Assembly (NCBI GenBank): GCA_040954595.2
Contig: JBECUI020000045.1
Span: 1 to 64,000 of the forward strand
Source: Balanoglossus misakiensis
Taxonomy: Eukaryota; Animalia; Hemichordata
Direction of reading: 5' to 3'
DNA: 64,000 nucleotides
Part shown: one piece after another, positions 34,301 through 47,600 of the stretch
Layout of the letters: each line of letters starts with the position of its first letter
How positions within the stretch are numbered: position 1 is the first letter of the stretch
Position numbers and translations under genes: made by a program
The notes under the pieces: generated by a model
What the model saw: only the letters and a program-made list of their open reading frames with translations
The model's database searches: none
Told to the model about the DNA's origin: nothing

Positions 34301-37300
34301 TAATGCGGCAGCAACGCAAACAATAAATGCCGGTATCACTAATAACTCCAATGTGGCAGATACGACAGCCCCGGTGATTACGGCGGTGAGTATCCCCGAT
34401 AGCTCAATGAAATAGGCGATACGGTCACAGTCACCATCACGGTTGAAGATGATGGCGGTGATCTCTATACGCTTGTAGCCGGTAGTACGGTGGGCGGTTT
34501 TGCCTTGGGCAGTTTAGCAAGGACAGACAGCACAACATACACCGCCACATTTACCGTTACCGATGGTGGCACCGATGTGGCAGCCGTGGCCGATATACCG
34601 GTCTCCATCACTTTGCAAGATAGCGCTACCAATGCGAGCAGCCCTTACCAGACACCGATTAGCCAAGCAAGCGATGCGATAGATGCTAATGCGCCTTTGA
34701 TTGAGAGTATTGCAGTTACGACAGACGGTCATTTGCAGATTACCTGTGATGAGGCGGTCAGGATTCCTGTAACGGAATTGACGGATTATACCGTTGTTGT
34801 TAATGGCGTGGATGTGAGTGCAGATATTGAAAGTATGCTGGTGCCGGACGCAAGCACCCTAGGGCGTTTTATCTTGTAATGCGAGCAGGCAGCGAAATTC
34901 AAAAGTATTCAGTAATCAACAGCGTGACTTATACTGCCGATGCAGGCGCGGCGAACTCTGTGGTTGACACAGCCGGCAATGCGGTAGCAACACAAACGAT
35001 AGATACCGGTATAATCAATAACTCCAATGTGGCAGATACGACAGCCCCGGTGATTACGGCGGTGAGCATCCCTGATGCACCGATGAAGGCGGGCGATACG
35101 GTCACAGTCACCATCACGGTTGATGATGATGGCGGTGATCTCTATACGCTTGTAGCCGGTAGTACGGTGGGCGGTTTTGACTTGGGCAGTTTAGCAAGGA
35201 CAAACAGCACAACATACACCGCCACATTTACCGTTACCGATGGTGGCACCGATGTGGTGGCCGTGGCCGATATACCGGTCTCCATCACTTTACAAGATAG
35301 CGCTACCAATACGAGTGACCTTTACCAGGCACCGATTAGCCAAGGCAAATGACGCGATAGATGCCAATCTACCGTCTATTTGTATCGGCACAGGTTAACG
35401 CAGCCGGCGATATTGTCCTTAGCTATAGCGAGGATGTCTCTGCCTCTGCCTTGAAGCAAGCGATTATACGGTTACGGTTAATAATGCGGTTGCCGGTATT
35501 GCTAGTGCATCGGTAAGCGGCAATACCATTACCCTGGTGATAGCAAATAAGATAGCCGCCTATACTGTTGTTGATAGCATAGCGTATGCTGCCAATGCAG
35601 GCACGGCGAACTCTGTGGTTGACACAGCCGGTAATGCGGCAGCAACGCAAACAATAAATGCCGGTATCACTAATAACTCCAATGTGGCAGATACGACAGC
35701 CCCGGTGATTACGGCGGTGAGCATCCCTGATGCACCGATGAAGGCGGGTGATACGGTCACAGTCACCATCACGGTTGATGATGATGGCGGTGATCTCTAT
35801 ACGCTTGTAGCCGGTAGTACGGTGGGCGGTTTTGACTTGGGCAGTTTAGCAAGGACAAACAGCACAACATACACCGCCACATTTACCGTTACCGATGGTG
35901 GCACCGATGTGGTGGCCGTGGCCGATATACCGGTCTCCATCACTTTACAAGATAGCGCTACCAATACGAGCAGCCCTTACCAGGCACCGATTAGCCAAGC
36001 AAATGACGCGATAGATGCCAATCTACCGTCTATTGTATCGGCCACAGGGTAACGCAGCCGGCGATATTGTCCTTAGCTATAGCGAGGATGTCTCTGCCTC
36101 TGCCTTGGAAGCAAGCGATTATACGGTTACGGTTAATAATGCGGTTGCCGGTATTGCTAGTGCATCGGTAAGCGGCAATACCATTACCCTGGTGATAGCA
36201 AATAAGATAGCCGCCTATACTGTTGTTGATAGCATAGCGTATGCTGCCAATGCAGGCACGGCGAACTCTGTGGTTGACACAGCCGGTAATGCGGCAGCAA
36301 CGCAAACAATAAATGCCGGTATCACTAATAACTCCAATGTGGCAGATACGACAGCCCCGGTGATTACGGCGGTGAGCATCCCTGATGCACCGATGAAGGC
36401 GGGTGATACGGTCACAGTCACCATCACGGTTGATGATGATGGCGGTGATCTCTATACGCTTGTAGCCGGTAGTACGGTGGGCGGTTTTGACTTGGGCAGT
36501 TTAGCAAGGACAAACAGCACAACATACACCGCCACATTTACCGTTACCGCGGGTGGCACCGATGTGGTGGCCGTGGCCGATATACCGGTCTCCATCACTT
36601 TACAAGATAGTGCTACCAATACGAGCAGCCCTTACCAGACATCGATTAGCCAAGCAAATGACGCGATAGATGCCAACCTACCGTCTATTGTATCGGCACA
36701 GGTTAATGCAGCCGGCGATATTGTCCTGAGCTATAGCGAGAATATATCTACCTCTACCTTAGAGGCAGGCGATTATACGGTTACGGTTAATAATACGGTT
36801 GCCGGTGTTGCTAGCGCATCGGCAAGCGGCAATACCATTACCCTGGTAATGACAAATAAGATAGCCCCATCTGCTACTGTTAATAGCATAGCGTATGCTG
36901 CCAATGCAGGCACGGTGGACTCTGTGGTTGACACAGCCGGCAATGCGGCAGCAACGCAAACAATAAATGCAGGTATCACTAATAACTCCAATGTGACAGA
37001 TACGACAGCCCCAGTGATTACGGCGGTGAGCATCCCTGATGCACCGATGAAGGCGGGCGATACGGTCACAGTCACCATCACGGTTGATGATGATGGCGGT
37101 GATCTCTATACGCTTGTAGCCGGTAGTACGGTGAGCGGTTTTGACTTGGGCAGTTTAGCAAGGACAAACAGCACAACATACACCGCCACATTTACCGTTA
37201 CCGATGGTGGCACCGATGTGGTGGCCGTGGCCGATATACCGGTCTCCATCACTTTAGAAGATAGCGCTACCAATGCGAGCGACCCATTCCAGACATCGAT

Positions 37301-40300
37301 TAGCCAAGCAAACGATGCGATAGATGCCAACCTACCGTTTATTGTATCGGCACAGGTTAACGCAGCCGGCGATATTGTCCTTAGCTATAGCGAGAATGTA
37401 TCTACCTCTACCTTAGAGGCAGGCGATTATACGGTTACGGTTAATAATACGGTTGCCGGTGTTGCTAGCGCATCGGTTAGCGGTAGCACCGTTACCCTAG
37501 TAATGACAAATAAGATAGCCGCCTATACTGTTGTTGATAGCATAGCGTATGCTGCCAATGCAGGCACGGTGGACTCTGTGGTTGACACAGCCGGCAATGC
37601 GGCAGCAACGCAAACAATAAATGCCGGTATCACTAATAACTCCAATGTGGCAGATACGACACCCCCGGTGATTACGGCGGTGAGCATCCCTGATGCACCG
37701 ATGAAGGCGGGCGATACGGTCACAGTCACCATCACGGTTGATGATGATGGCGGTGATCTCTATATGCTTGTAGCCGGTAGTACGGTAGGCGGGTTTACCT
37801 TGAATGGTTTAACCAAGCAAAGCAACACGCAATACACCGCCACATTTACCGTTACCGCGGGTGGTACCGATGTGGCGGCCGCGGCCGATATCCCGGTCTC
37901 CGTCACTTTACAGATAGTGCTACCAATACGAGCAGCCCTTACCAGACATCGATTAGCCAAGCAAACGATGCGATAGATGCCAGCCTACCGTCTATTGTAT
38001 CGGCACAGGTTAATGCAGCCGGCGATATTGTCCTTAGCTATAGCGAGAATATATCTACCTCTACCTTAGAGGCAGGCGATTATACGGTTACGGTTAATAA
38101 TGCGGTTGCCGGTATTGCTAGCGCATCGGCAAGCGGCAATACCATTACCCTGGTAATGACAGATAAGATAGCCCCATTTGCTACTGTTAATAGCATAGCG
38201 TATGCTGCCAATGCAGGCACGGCGAACTCTGTGGTTGACACAGCCGGTAATGCGGCAGCAACGCAAACAATAAATGCCGGTATCACTAATAACTCCAATG
38301 TGGCAGATACGACAGCCCCGGTGATTACGGCGGTGAGCATCCCTGATGCACCGATGAAGGCGGGCGATACGGTCACAGCCACCATCACGGTTGATGATGA
38401 TGGCGGTGATCTCTATACGCTTGTAGCCGGTGTAATAGGTGGTTTTACCCTGAGTAATTTACAAAGGCAAAGCAGCACACAATACACCGTCGAATTTACT
38501 GTTACCGCTAATGGCGCCGCCGATGTGGCAGCCGATGCCGATATCTCGGTCTTCGTCGCTTTGCAAGATAGTGCTGCCAATGCGAGCAGCCCTTACCAGA
38601 CATCGATTAGCCAAGCAAATGACGCGATAGATGCCAGCCTACCGTCTATTGTATCGGCACAGGTTAATGCAGCCGGCGATATTGTCCTTAGCTATAGCGA
38701 GAATATATCTACCTCTACCTTAGAAGCAAGCGATTATACGGTTACGGTTAATAATGCGGTTGCCGGTGTTGCTAGCGCATCGGCAAGCGGCAATACCATT
38801 ACGCTAGTAATGACAGATAAGATAGCCGCATATACTGTTGTTAATAGCATAGCGTACGCTGCCAATGCAGGCACGGCGAACTCTGTGGTTGACGCGGCCG
38901 GTAATGCGGCAGCAACGCAAACAATAAATGCCGGTATCACTAATAACTCCAATGTGGCAGATACGACAGCCCCGGTGATTACGGCGGTGAGCATCCCTGA
39001 TGCACCGATGAAGGCAGGCGATACGGTCACAGCCACCATCACGGTTGATGATGATGGCGGTGATCTCTATACGCTTGTAGCTGGTGTAATAGGTGGTTTT
39101 ACCCTGAGTAATTTACAAAGGCAAAGCAGCACACAATACACCGTCGAATTTACTGTTACCGCTAATGGCGCCGCCGATGTGGCAGCCGATGCCGATGTCT
39201 CGGTCTTCGTCGCTTTGCAAGATAGTGCTGCCAATGCGAGCAGCCCTTACCAGACATCGATTAGCCAAGCAAACGATGCGATAGATGCCAGCCTACCGTC
39301 TATTGTATCGGCACAGGTTAATGCAGCCGGCGATATTGTCCTTAGCTATAGCGAGAATATATCTACCTCTACCTTAGAGGGCAGGCGATTATACGGTTAC
39401 GGTTAATAATGCGGTTGCCGGTGTTGCTAGCGCATCGGCAAGCGGCAATACCATTACGCTAGTAATGACAGATAAGATAGCCGCATATACTGTTGTTAAT
39501 AGCATAGCGTACGCTGCCAATGCAGGCACGGCGAACTCTGTGGTTGACACAGCCGGTAATGCGGCAGCAACGCAAACAATAAATGCCGGTATCACTAATA
39601 ACTCCAATGTGGCAGATACGACAGCCCCGGTGATTACGGCGGTGAGCATCCCTGATGCACCGATGAAGGCAGGCGATACGGTCACAGCCACCATCACGGT
39701 TGATGATGATGGCGGTGATCTCTATACGCTTGTAGCTGGTGTAATAGGTGGTTTTACCCTGAGTAATTTACAAAGGCAAAGCAGCACACAATACACCGTC
39801 GAATTTACTGTTACCGCTAATGGCGCCGCCGATGTGGCAGCCGATGCCGATGTCTCGGTCTTCGTCGCTTTGCAAGATAGTGCTGCCAATGCGAGCAGCC
39901 CTTACCAGACATCGATTAGCCAAGCAAACGATGCGATAGATGCCAGCCTACCGTCTATTGTATCGGCACAGGTTAATGCAGCCGGCGATATTGTCCTTAG
40001 CTATAGCGAGAATATATCTACCTCTACCTTAGAGGCAGGCGATTATACGGTTACGGTTAATAATGCGGTTGCCGGTATTGCTAGCGCATCGGCAAGCGGC
40101 AATACCATTACCCTGGTAATGACAGATAAGATAGCCGCATATACTGTTGTTGATAGCATAGCGTATGCTGCCAATGCAGGCACGGCGAACTCTGTGGTTG
40201 ACACAGCCGGTAATGCGGCAGCAACGCAAACAATAAATGCCGGTATCACTAATAACTCCAATGTGGCAGATACGACAGCCCCGGTGATTACGGCGGTGAG

Positions 40301-43300
40301 CATCCCTGATGCACCGATGAAGGCGGGCGATACGGTCACAGCCACCATCACGGTTGATGATGATGGCGGTGATCTCTATACGCTTGCAGCTGGTGTAATA
40401 GGTGGTTTTGCCCTGAGTAATTTACAAAGGCAAAGCAGCACACAATACACCGTCGAATTTACTGTTACCGCTAATGGTGGCGCCGATGTGGCAGCCGATG
40501 CCGATGTCTCGGTCTTCGTCGTTTTGCAAGATAGTGCTGCCAATTTGAGCAGCCCTTACCAGACATCGATTAGCCAAGCAAACGATGCGATAGATGCCAG
40601 CCTACCGTCTATTGTATCGGCACAGGTTAACACAGCCGGCGATATTGTCCTTAGCTATAGCGAGAATATATCTACCTCTACCTTAGAGGCAGGCGATTAT
40701 ACGGTTACGGTTAATAATGCGGTTGCCGGTATTGCTAGCGCATCGGCAAGCGGCAATACCATTACCCTGGTAATGACAGATAAGATAGCCGCATATACTG
40801 TTGTTGATAGCATAGCGTATGCTGCCAATGCAGGCACGGCGAACTCTGTGGTTGACACAGCCGGTAATGCGGCAGCAACGCAAACAATAAATGCCGGTAT
40901 CACTAATAACTCCAATGTGGCAGATACGACAGCCCCGGTGATTACGGCGGTGAGCATCCCTGATGCACCGATGAAGGCGGGCGATACGGTCACAGCCACC
41001 ATCACGGTTGATGATGATGGCGGTGATCTCTATACGCTTGTAGCTGGTGTAATAGGTGGTTTTGCCCTGAGTAATTTACAAAGGCAAAGCAGCACACAAT
41101 ACACCGTCGAATTTACTGTTACCGCTAATGGTGGCGCCGATGTGGCAGCCGATGCCGATATCTCGGTCTTCGTCGCTTTGCAAGATAGTGCTGCCAATGC
41201 GAGCGACCCTTACCAGACATCGATTAGCCAAGCAAACGATGCGATAGATGCCAGCCTACCGTCTATTGTATCGGCACAGGTTAACACAGCCGGCGATATT
41301 GTCCTTAGCTATAGCGAGAATATATCTACCTCTACCTTAGAGGCAGGCGATTATACGGTTACGGTTAATAATGCGGTTGCCGGTGTTGCTAGCGCATCGG
41401 CAAGCGGCAATACCATTACCCTGGTAATGACAGATAAGATAGCCCCATTTGCTACTGTTAATAGCATAGCGTATGCTGCCAATGCAGGCACGGCGAACTC
41501 TGTGGTTGACACAGCCGGTAATGCGGCAGCAACGCAAACAATAAATGCCGGTATCACTAATAACTCCAATGTGGCAGATACGACAGCCCCGGTGATTACG
41601 GCGGTGAGCATCCCTGATGCACCGATGAAGGCAGGCGATACGGTCACAGCCACCATCACGGTTGATGATGATGGCGGTGATCTCTATACGCTTGTAGCTG
41701 GTGTAATAGGTGGTTTTACCCTGAGTAATTTACAAAGGCAAAGCAGCACACAATACACCGTCGAATTTACTGTTACCGCTAATGGCGCCGCCGATGTGGC
41801 AGCCGATGCCGATGTCTCGGTCTTCGTCGCTTTGCAAGATAGTGCTGCCAATGCGAGCAGCCCTTACCAGACATCGATTAGCCAAGCAAACGATGCGATA
41901 GATGCCAGCCTACCGTCTATTGTATCGGCACAGGTTAATGCAGCCGGCGATATTGTCCTTAGCTATAGCGAGAATATATCTACCTCTACCTTAGAGGCAG
42001 GCGATTATACGGTTACGGTTAATAATGCGGTTGCCGGTGTTGCTAGCGCATCGGCAAGCGGTAACACCATTACCCTGGTAATGACAAATAAGATAGCCCC
42101 ATCTGCTACTGTTAATAGCATAGCGTATGCTGCCAATGCAGGCACGGCGAACTCTGTGGTTGACGCGGCCGGTAATGTGGCAGCAACGCAAACAATAAAT
42201 GCCGGTATCACTAATAACTCCAATGTGGCGGTAGATACGACACCCCCCACGGCACATGCGACCGACCCTATTGTTGCTGCTGATTCTATTGCTAATCCGG
42301 ATGGAGTAAAAGATAACCGGCTGATCATCAAGTTCAGCGAACCCGTTGATACTGGGGATGTAACCCTAGATAGTATTGGAGCGGCCTTGGGCACGGCTGC
42401 TAACGGTGCAAGCGTTGAGATATCCGGTCATCCGAATATAATTGAAGTTGCAGGTATAGATGCCGATGCGGACGGGACTTACACTCTGGTTGCAGACCCC
42501 GCTACGCTATCGGTCACCGCCGATTTTACACCCGATACCTCAGCGACCGCGATTGATACCACTAAACCAGTCTATGCCTATACCAATGGGCAGGGCGAGA
42601 CTTGGTATCTCTGGGCAAGGACGGGCAGCGGGTATCATATAAGCCAGTTGGATAATAACGACAAATGGTGGTGGGAGAGTGCCACTTCCTTTGTGTCCAA
42701 TCCCGCTGATATTACTAGTTTGGTGAGGACCGATGGTGATGCAGGCACTAATTTTACCCCAACAACCGGTTGGACGCTGACCGATTATGCTGATACTTAT
42801 GATATCACACTTGGCAGCGATGCAACTGTTACGGAAGGCTCCTCCTTAGTTCTGACGGGCGTGACAGATCATGCCGGCAATGACGCGCCGTTCATCATAT
42901 TCCTTGTGCCGAGTTTATCAGATACGACTGTGGTAGACACGACACCCCCCACGGCACATGCGACCGACCCTATTGTTGCTGCTGATTCTATTGCTAATCC
43001 GGATGGAGTAAAAGATAACCGGCTGATCATCAAGTTCAGCGAACCCGTTGATACTGGGGATGTAACCTTAGACAGTATTGGAGCGACCTTGGGAACGGCT
43101 GCTAACGGTGCAAGCGTTGAGATATCCGGTCATCCGAATATAATTGAAGTTGCAGGTATAGATGCCGATGCGGACGGGACTTACACTCTGGTTGCAGACC
43201 CCGCTACGCTATCGGTTACCGCCGATTTTACACCCGATACCTCAGCGACCGCGATTGATACCACTAAACCAGTCTATGCCTATACCAATGGGCAGGGCGA

Positions 43301-44366
43301 GACTTGGTATCTCTGGGCAAGGACGGGCAGCGGGTATCATATAAGCCAGTTGGATAATAACGACAAATGGTGGTGGGAGAGTGCCACTTCCTTTGTGTCC
43401 AATCCCGCTGATATTACTAGTTTGGTGAGGACCGATGGTGATGCAGGCACTAATTTTACCCCAACAACCGGTTGGACGCTGACCGATTATGCTGATACTT
43501 ATGATATCACACTTGGCAGCGATGCAACTGTTACGGAAGGCTCCTCCTTAGCTCTGACGGGCGTGACAGATCATGCCGGCAATGACGCGCCGTTCATCAT
43601 ATTCCTTGTGCCGAGTTTATCAGATACGACCAGTAGCAGCAGTTCGCGGTCGGTTGCTAGCGATACCGTGTCAAAGATTGGTATTACTGTAACAGGCTTA
43701 GACGGGGCAGGTGAGTCTCTATTATATGATAACGGCAACAGCATTGCCTTAGACAGCGACACAAGCGAGACAAAAACAGCTCAGAGCTTAGGCGGTGTGA
43801 CGGGTGTCAGTATCAGTTGGGATGGTACTGCCTTAACCATCAATAAAGATGACGGTAGTGCTTTCACAACAGAGGAGGCCAAGGACATGATCAATGCGCT
43901 TAGATACCAAGACACAAGTCCATCAACGACCAATGACAAGGTCTTTAGTGCTGCCCTGATAGACGAGGAAGGCAATGTATCGGATACGGTCACCACAACG
44001 ATCATTGCCGTAGATGCAAGCAATATCGCCTCGCTGACTGCCACGGATGCTAGGGATATATTTGATTACGGTGCTGTAGCAATAGGTGATTCTGCGATCA
44101 ACGACTTTGCCGTAGGTGCAGGCGGCGACCGATTAGATCTGGCAGACCTATTAGACTACGACCCGAACACGGCAGGCAAGGATGATCTCAGTGCCTTTTT
44201 GTCTGTGACCGATACATCGGCTACTGTCGGTGGTGATGTCATACTGGCCGTTGATGCCAATGGTGATGGTAGCGGTGCAGACTTTAGCATTACCTTAAAC
44301 GGTGTCGGCAACGCAGGCGAGTTCACCCTAGCCGACCTAACAGACGATAACCTCATCGTCGTATAG
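25321..44366 (+). CDS. Giant T1SS-type repetitive adhesin-like protein B (about 6350 aa if corrected), with more than 10 apparent single-base indels between 30.2 and 39.4 kb
   Basis: Same N-terminus as A (MSTYYFVTDTGGAILAWN) and RBS GAGGAG. The 218-aa repeat continues across ORF fragments from 25321-30270 to 39465-44366. Two Trp-rich modules precede the same T1SS-like tail, ending DDNLIVV. Confidence 0.85.
28153..42230 (+). repeat. Tandem ~654 bp coding repeats in gene B
   Basis: About 22 occurrences of DA(N/S)LPSI-type junctions. The exact 654-bp period shows in recurring antisense shadow ORFs at 40043, 40697, 41351 and 42005. Confidence 0.92.
42231..43630 (+). repeat. Tandem 702-bp duplication of the Trp-rich tip module
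   Basis: VDTTPPTAHATDP...VPSLSDTT starts at 42231 and again at 42933; the two copies are nearly identical. Confidence 0.95.
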
Positions 44367-44628
44367 AGGGATATTGCCAAGTAGGGGGTTTCTTACCCCT
44401 ACGCAAGCACCCCCAAGCAATAGCCTTGTGCTATTAAGGCATGGGCTTGTCGTGCCCACATACAAGGCACACCCCTCAATACAAGCACTTATTCAAGTTC
44501 TTGTATTTATCATACAGATTTGAGACAATGAAGAACATTTCTAAAATGATAGCTTATCATACACAGCAACATGCTTGGTATTGATCAAGCAAACAACATG
44601 ATGCAATAAACACAGGAGACGATTATCT
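44367..44628 (+). promoter_or_regulatory. Intergenic spacer B-C with hairpins, conserved leader and RBS; repeated at 57464-57727
   Basis: GTAGGGG-gtttctta-CCCCTAC hairpin at 44381-44402, AATACAAG...CTTGTATT inverted repeat, TTGATCAA palindrome and AGGAG RBS. Confidence 0.65.
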
Positions 44629-47600
44629 ATGAGTACATATTATTTTGTAACAGATACAGGCGGTGCCATTTTAGCGTGGAACTCCGAGATACCTCACTTT
44701 GAAACATTAGGCAGGAGTTTAGTTGCCTATGGCGGCAGGGGTGTTGATGAGCTGTATGTAGGCAGGGCGACGCAGGCCAGTGTCGCATCGCTTGGAGACG
44801 GGGAAGACCGTGTCTATCTTACAGGCAATTTCGCAGATTATACGCAAACGGTCGATGGTTCTACCTATACCTTCTCGCGCACGGTGACGATAGACAGCAA
44901 TGCATACGAAGAAGTGATAACGGTATCAGGTAATACCGACAGCGACCGTCTTTACTTTGCCGATGGCAATGTAGAGTTGAGTTTCTCTAATTTGTTTGAT
45001 CTCATAGGCGGCGGTTATCGGGACATCACGGCAGACCGATTAACAGGGGAAGGCAGCCCAAGCTATCCACCCACCCCACCTGCTGCTCGTGCGAATGATG
45101 AGAATGAATGGGTCTTTACAAATGATAATGAGGGTGCGGTGTATGCCTTTGACTTACCCGGTAGCAAGTGGACTACCTATGGCGGCAGGGGTGTTGATCG
45201 TATTTATGTAGGCAAGGGGACACAGGCCAGTGTCGCATCGCTTGGCGATGGGGAAGACGGTATCTATCTCACGGGCAATCTCGCAGACTATACGCAAACG
45301 GTAGCTGGTTCTACCTATACCTTCTCACGCACGGTGACGATAGCGGGCAGGGATTACGAAGAGCAGGTAACGGTATCAGGTAATACCGACAGCGACCGTC
45401 TTTACTTTGTCGATGGCAATGTAGAGTTGAGTTTCTCTAATTTGTTTGATCTCATAGGTGGTGGTTATCGGGACATCACGGCAGACCGATTAACAGGGGA
45501 AGGCACCCCGGGCTTGGGTGTTGGTCTTACGATAAGCGATGATACCACCGCTGCTGTCACAAACACTGATGTTGTCTTCACCTTCACCTTTGATGAGGCA
45601 GTCACAGGGTTTGATATAGATGCGATTACAATCACCAACGGCACGGCACGCGGCGCACTCACAGAGGTTACCACAGGCATACAATATACCTTAGCGGTGA
45701 CACCGACTGCGAATACACAAGGCATCTTAAGGCTCAGCGTTGCAGTAGGTACGGTCTTTGCAATAGATGACGCAAACAAGGGCAATCAGGCGGCAAGTGC
45801 TACGCAGGCGATAGACACTCAAGCGCCTATCGCAATCCTATCAGGTGACATCGTACCTGTCGGCAACCTCACCATGCAGTTTGATGAGGCGGTCACCTTA
45901 GGCACAGGCGATATCACACTTTATAACCAAGCAGATGGTAGTATAGCCGCCGCTATCCCCATCAATGATGCCACGCAGGTAGGCTTAAGTAATGACGGCA
46001 AGACGCTGACCATTAACCCGGCTGTGGATCTTGTATTAGGCAATGGCTATTATGTTCAAATACCGTCAACCGCCATCACTGATGCGACAGGTAATGCCTA
46101 TGCCATTACAGATGCCACCACTTGGGCATTTACCACCACCGGTCTTTCTACTACTGTTGTATGGCAGGACGATACTCACAATGACCCCAGCACAGACGGC
46201 TATATCAATGCCGCAGAGCTAAACACCGTAACACTGCAAGGCATATTGACGAATGTCGGCGATGCCACCGATGTTAGCATCACCGCCATTACTTTTAAGG
46301 CATTAAGCGGTAGCGCAAATGACATCAGCTATAGTGCCGCCCTGCCTGCCTTATCAGGCGATGCCACCGGCAGCACTTGGACCCTAGATAATGCCGCGAT
46401 AAGGGCCTTAGGTTTGGTAGAGGGCGAATCCTATCGGGTTGAGGTAACGCTATCAGGCACAGATACGAGCAACAACACCATCATAGGTAGCGGCAGCCAT
46501 GATGACCCTATTATCATAGACACTGGCGCACCGACCACGACAGTCAGTATAGATAGTATCAGCGATGATAGCGGTGATGCAGACTTTATCACCAATGATC
46601 GTGATGGCCTGACGATAACAGCCACCTTAAGCGTGGCATTAGCAGCAGGTGAGCGTCTGGAGTACAGCAGCGATGATGGCACGACTTGGACGGATATTAG
46701 CAGTTCTGTTGCGGGCATGAGCATCAGCCATACGGATGATGCACTGACAGCTACAACAACGATACAGATGCGTGTTGCCGACACCGCAGGCAATAGCGCG
46801 CCTGCGACAAGCCAGCTTATCACCATAGAGACCGGCACACCGACCACGACAATCAGTATCACCGGCATCACTGATGATAACGGCGCTGCTGCAGATGACT
46901 TTATCACCAATGACGATAACGGCTTGACGATAACAGCCACCTTAAGTGCGGCACTAGCAGCAGGCGAACGTCTGGAGTACAGCACTGATGGTGTGACTTG
47001 GGTGGATATCAGCGGGTCTGTTGCGGACACAAGCATCAGCCATACGGATGATACACTGACAACTACAACAACGATACGGATGCGCGTTACCAACACCATA
47101 GGCAATAGCGCCCCTGCGACAAGCAAGCTTATCACCATAGACAGCAGCGCACCGACCACGACAGTCCGTATAGACAGTATCACTGATGATAGTGGCGATG
47201 CCACAGATGACTTTATCACCAATGACGATGACGGCTTGACGATCACAGCCACCTTAAATGTGCCGCTACGGGCAGGCGAGCGCTTAGAATACAGCAGCGA
47301 TGATGGCACGACTTGGACGGATATTAGCAGTTCAGTGACGGACACAAGCATCAGCCATACGGATGATGCACTGACAGCTACAACAACGATACAGATGCGT
47401 GTTGCCGACACCGCAGGCAATAGCGCTCCTGTGGCAAGCCAGTTTGTCACCATAGACAACAACATACCTGCTGCCACAGTCAGCATAGACAGTATTAGCG
47501 GTGATAGTGGTGATGCAGACTTTATCACCAGTGACAATGACGGCTTGACGATAACAGCCACCTTAAGTGCGGCATTAGCAGCAGATGAGCGTCTGGAGTA

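Noticed and set aside
13701-42230. Regular repeats considered as a CRISPR array or non-coding satellite
   Set aside because: The units are about 654 bp, in frame and protein-coding; there is no short repeat-spacer structure and no cas genes.
44575-44612. AGCAAAC...GATGCAA considered as a c-di-GMP-I riboswitch
   Set aside because: The spacing is too short, and there is no GNRA-capped P2 stem or P3 receptor stem.
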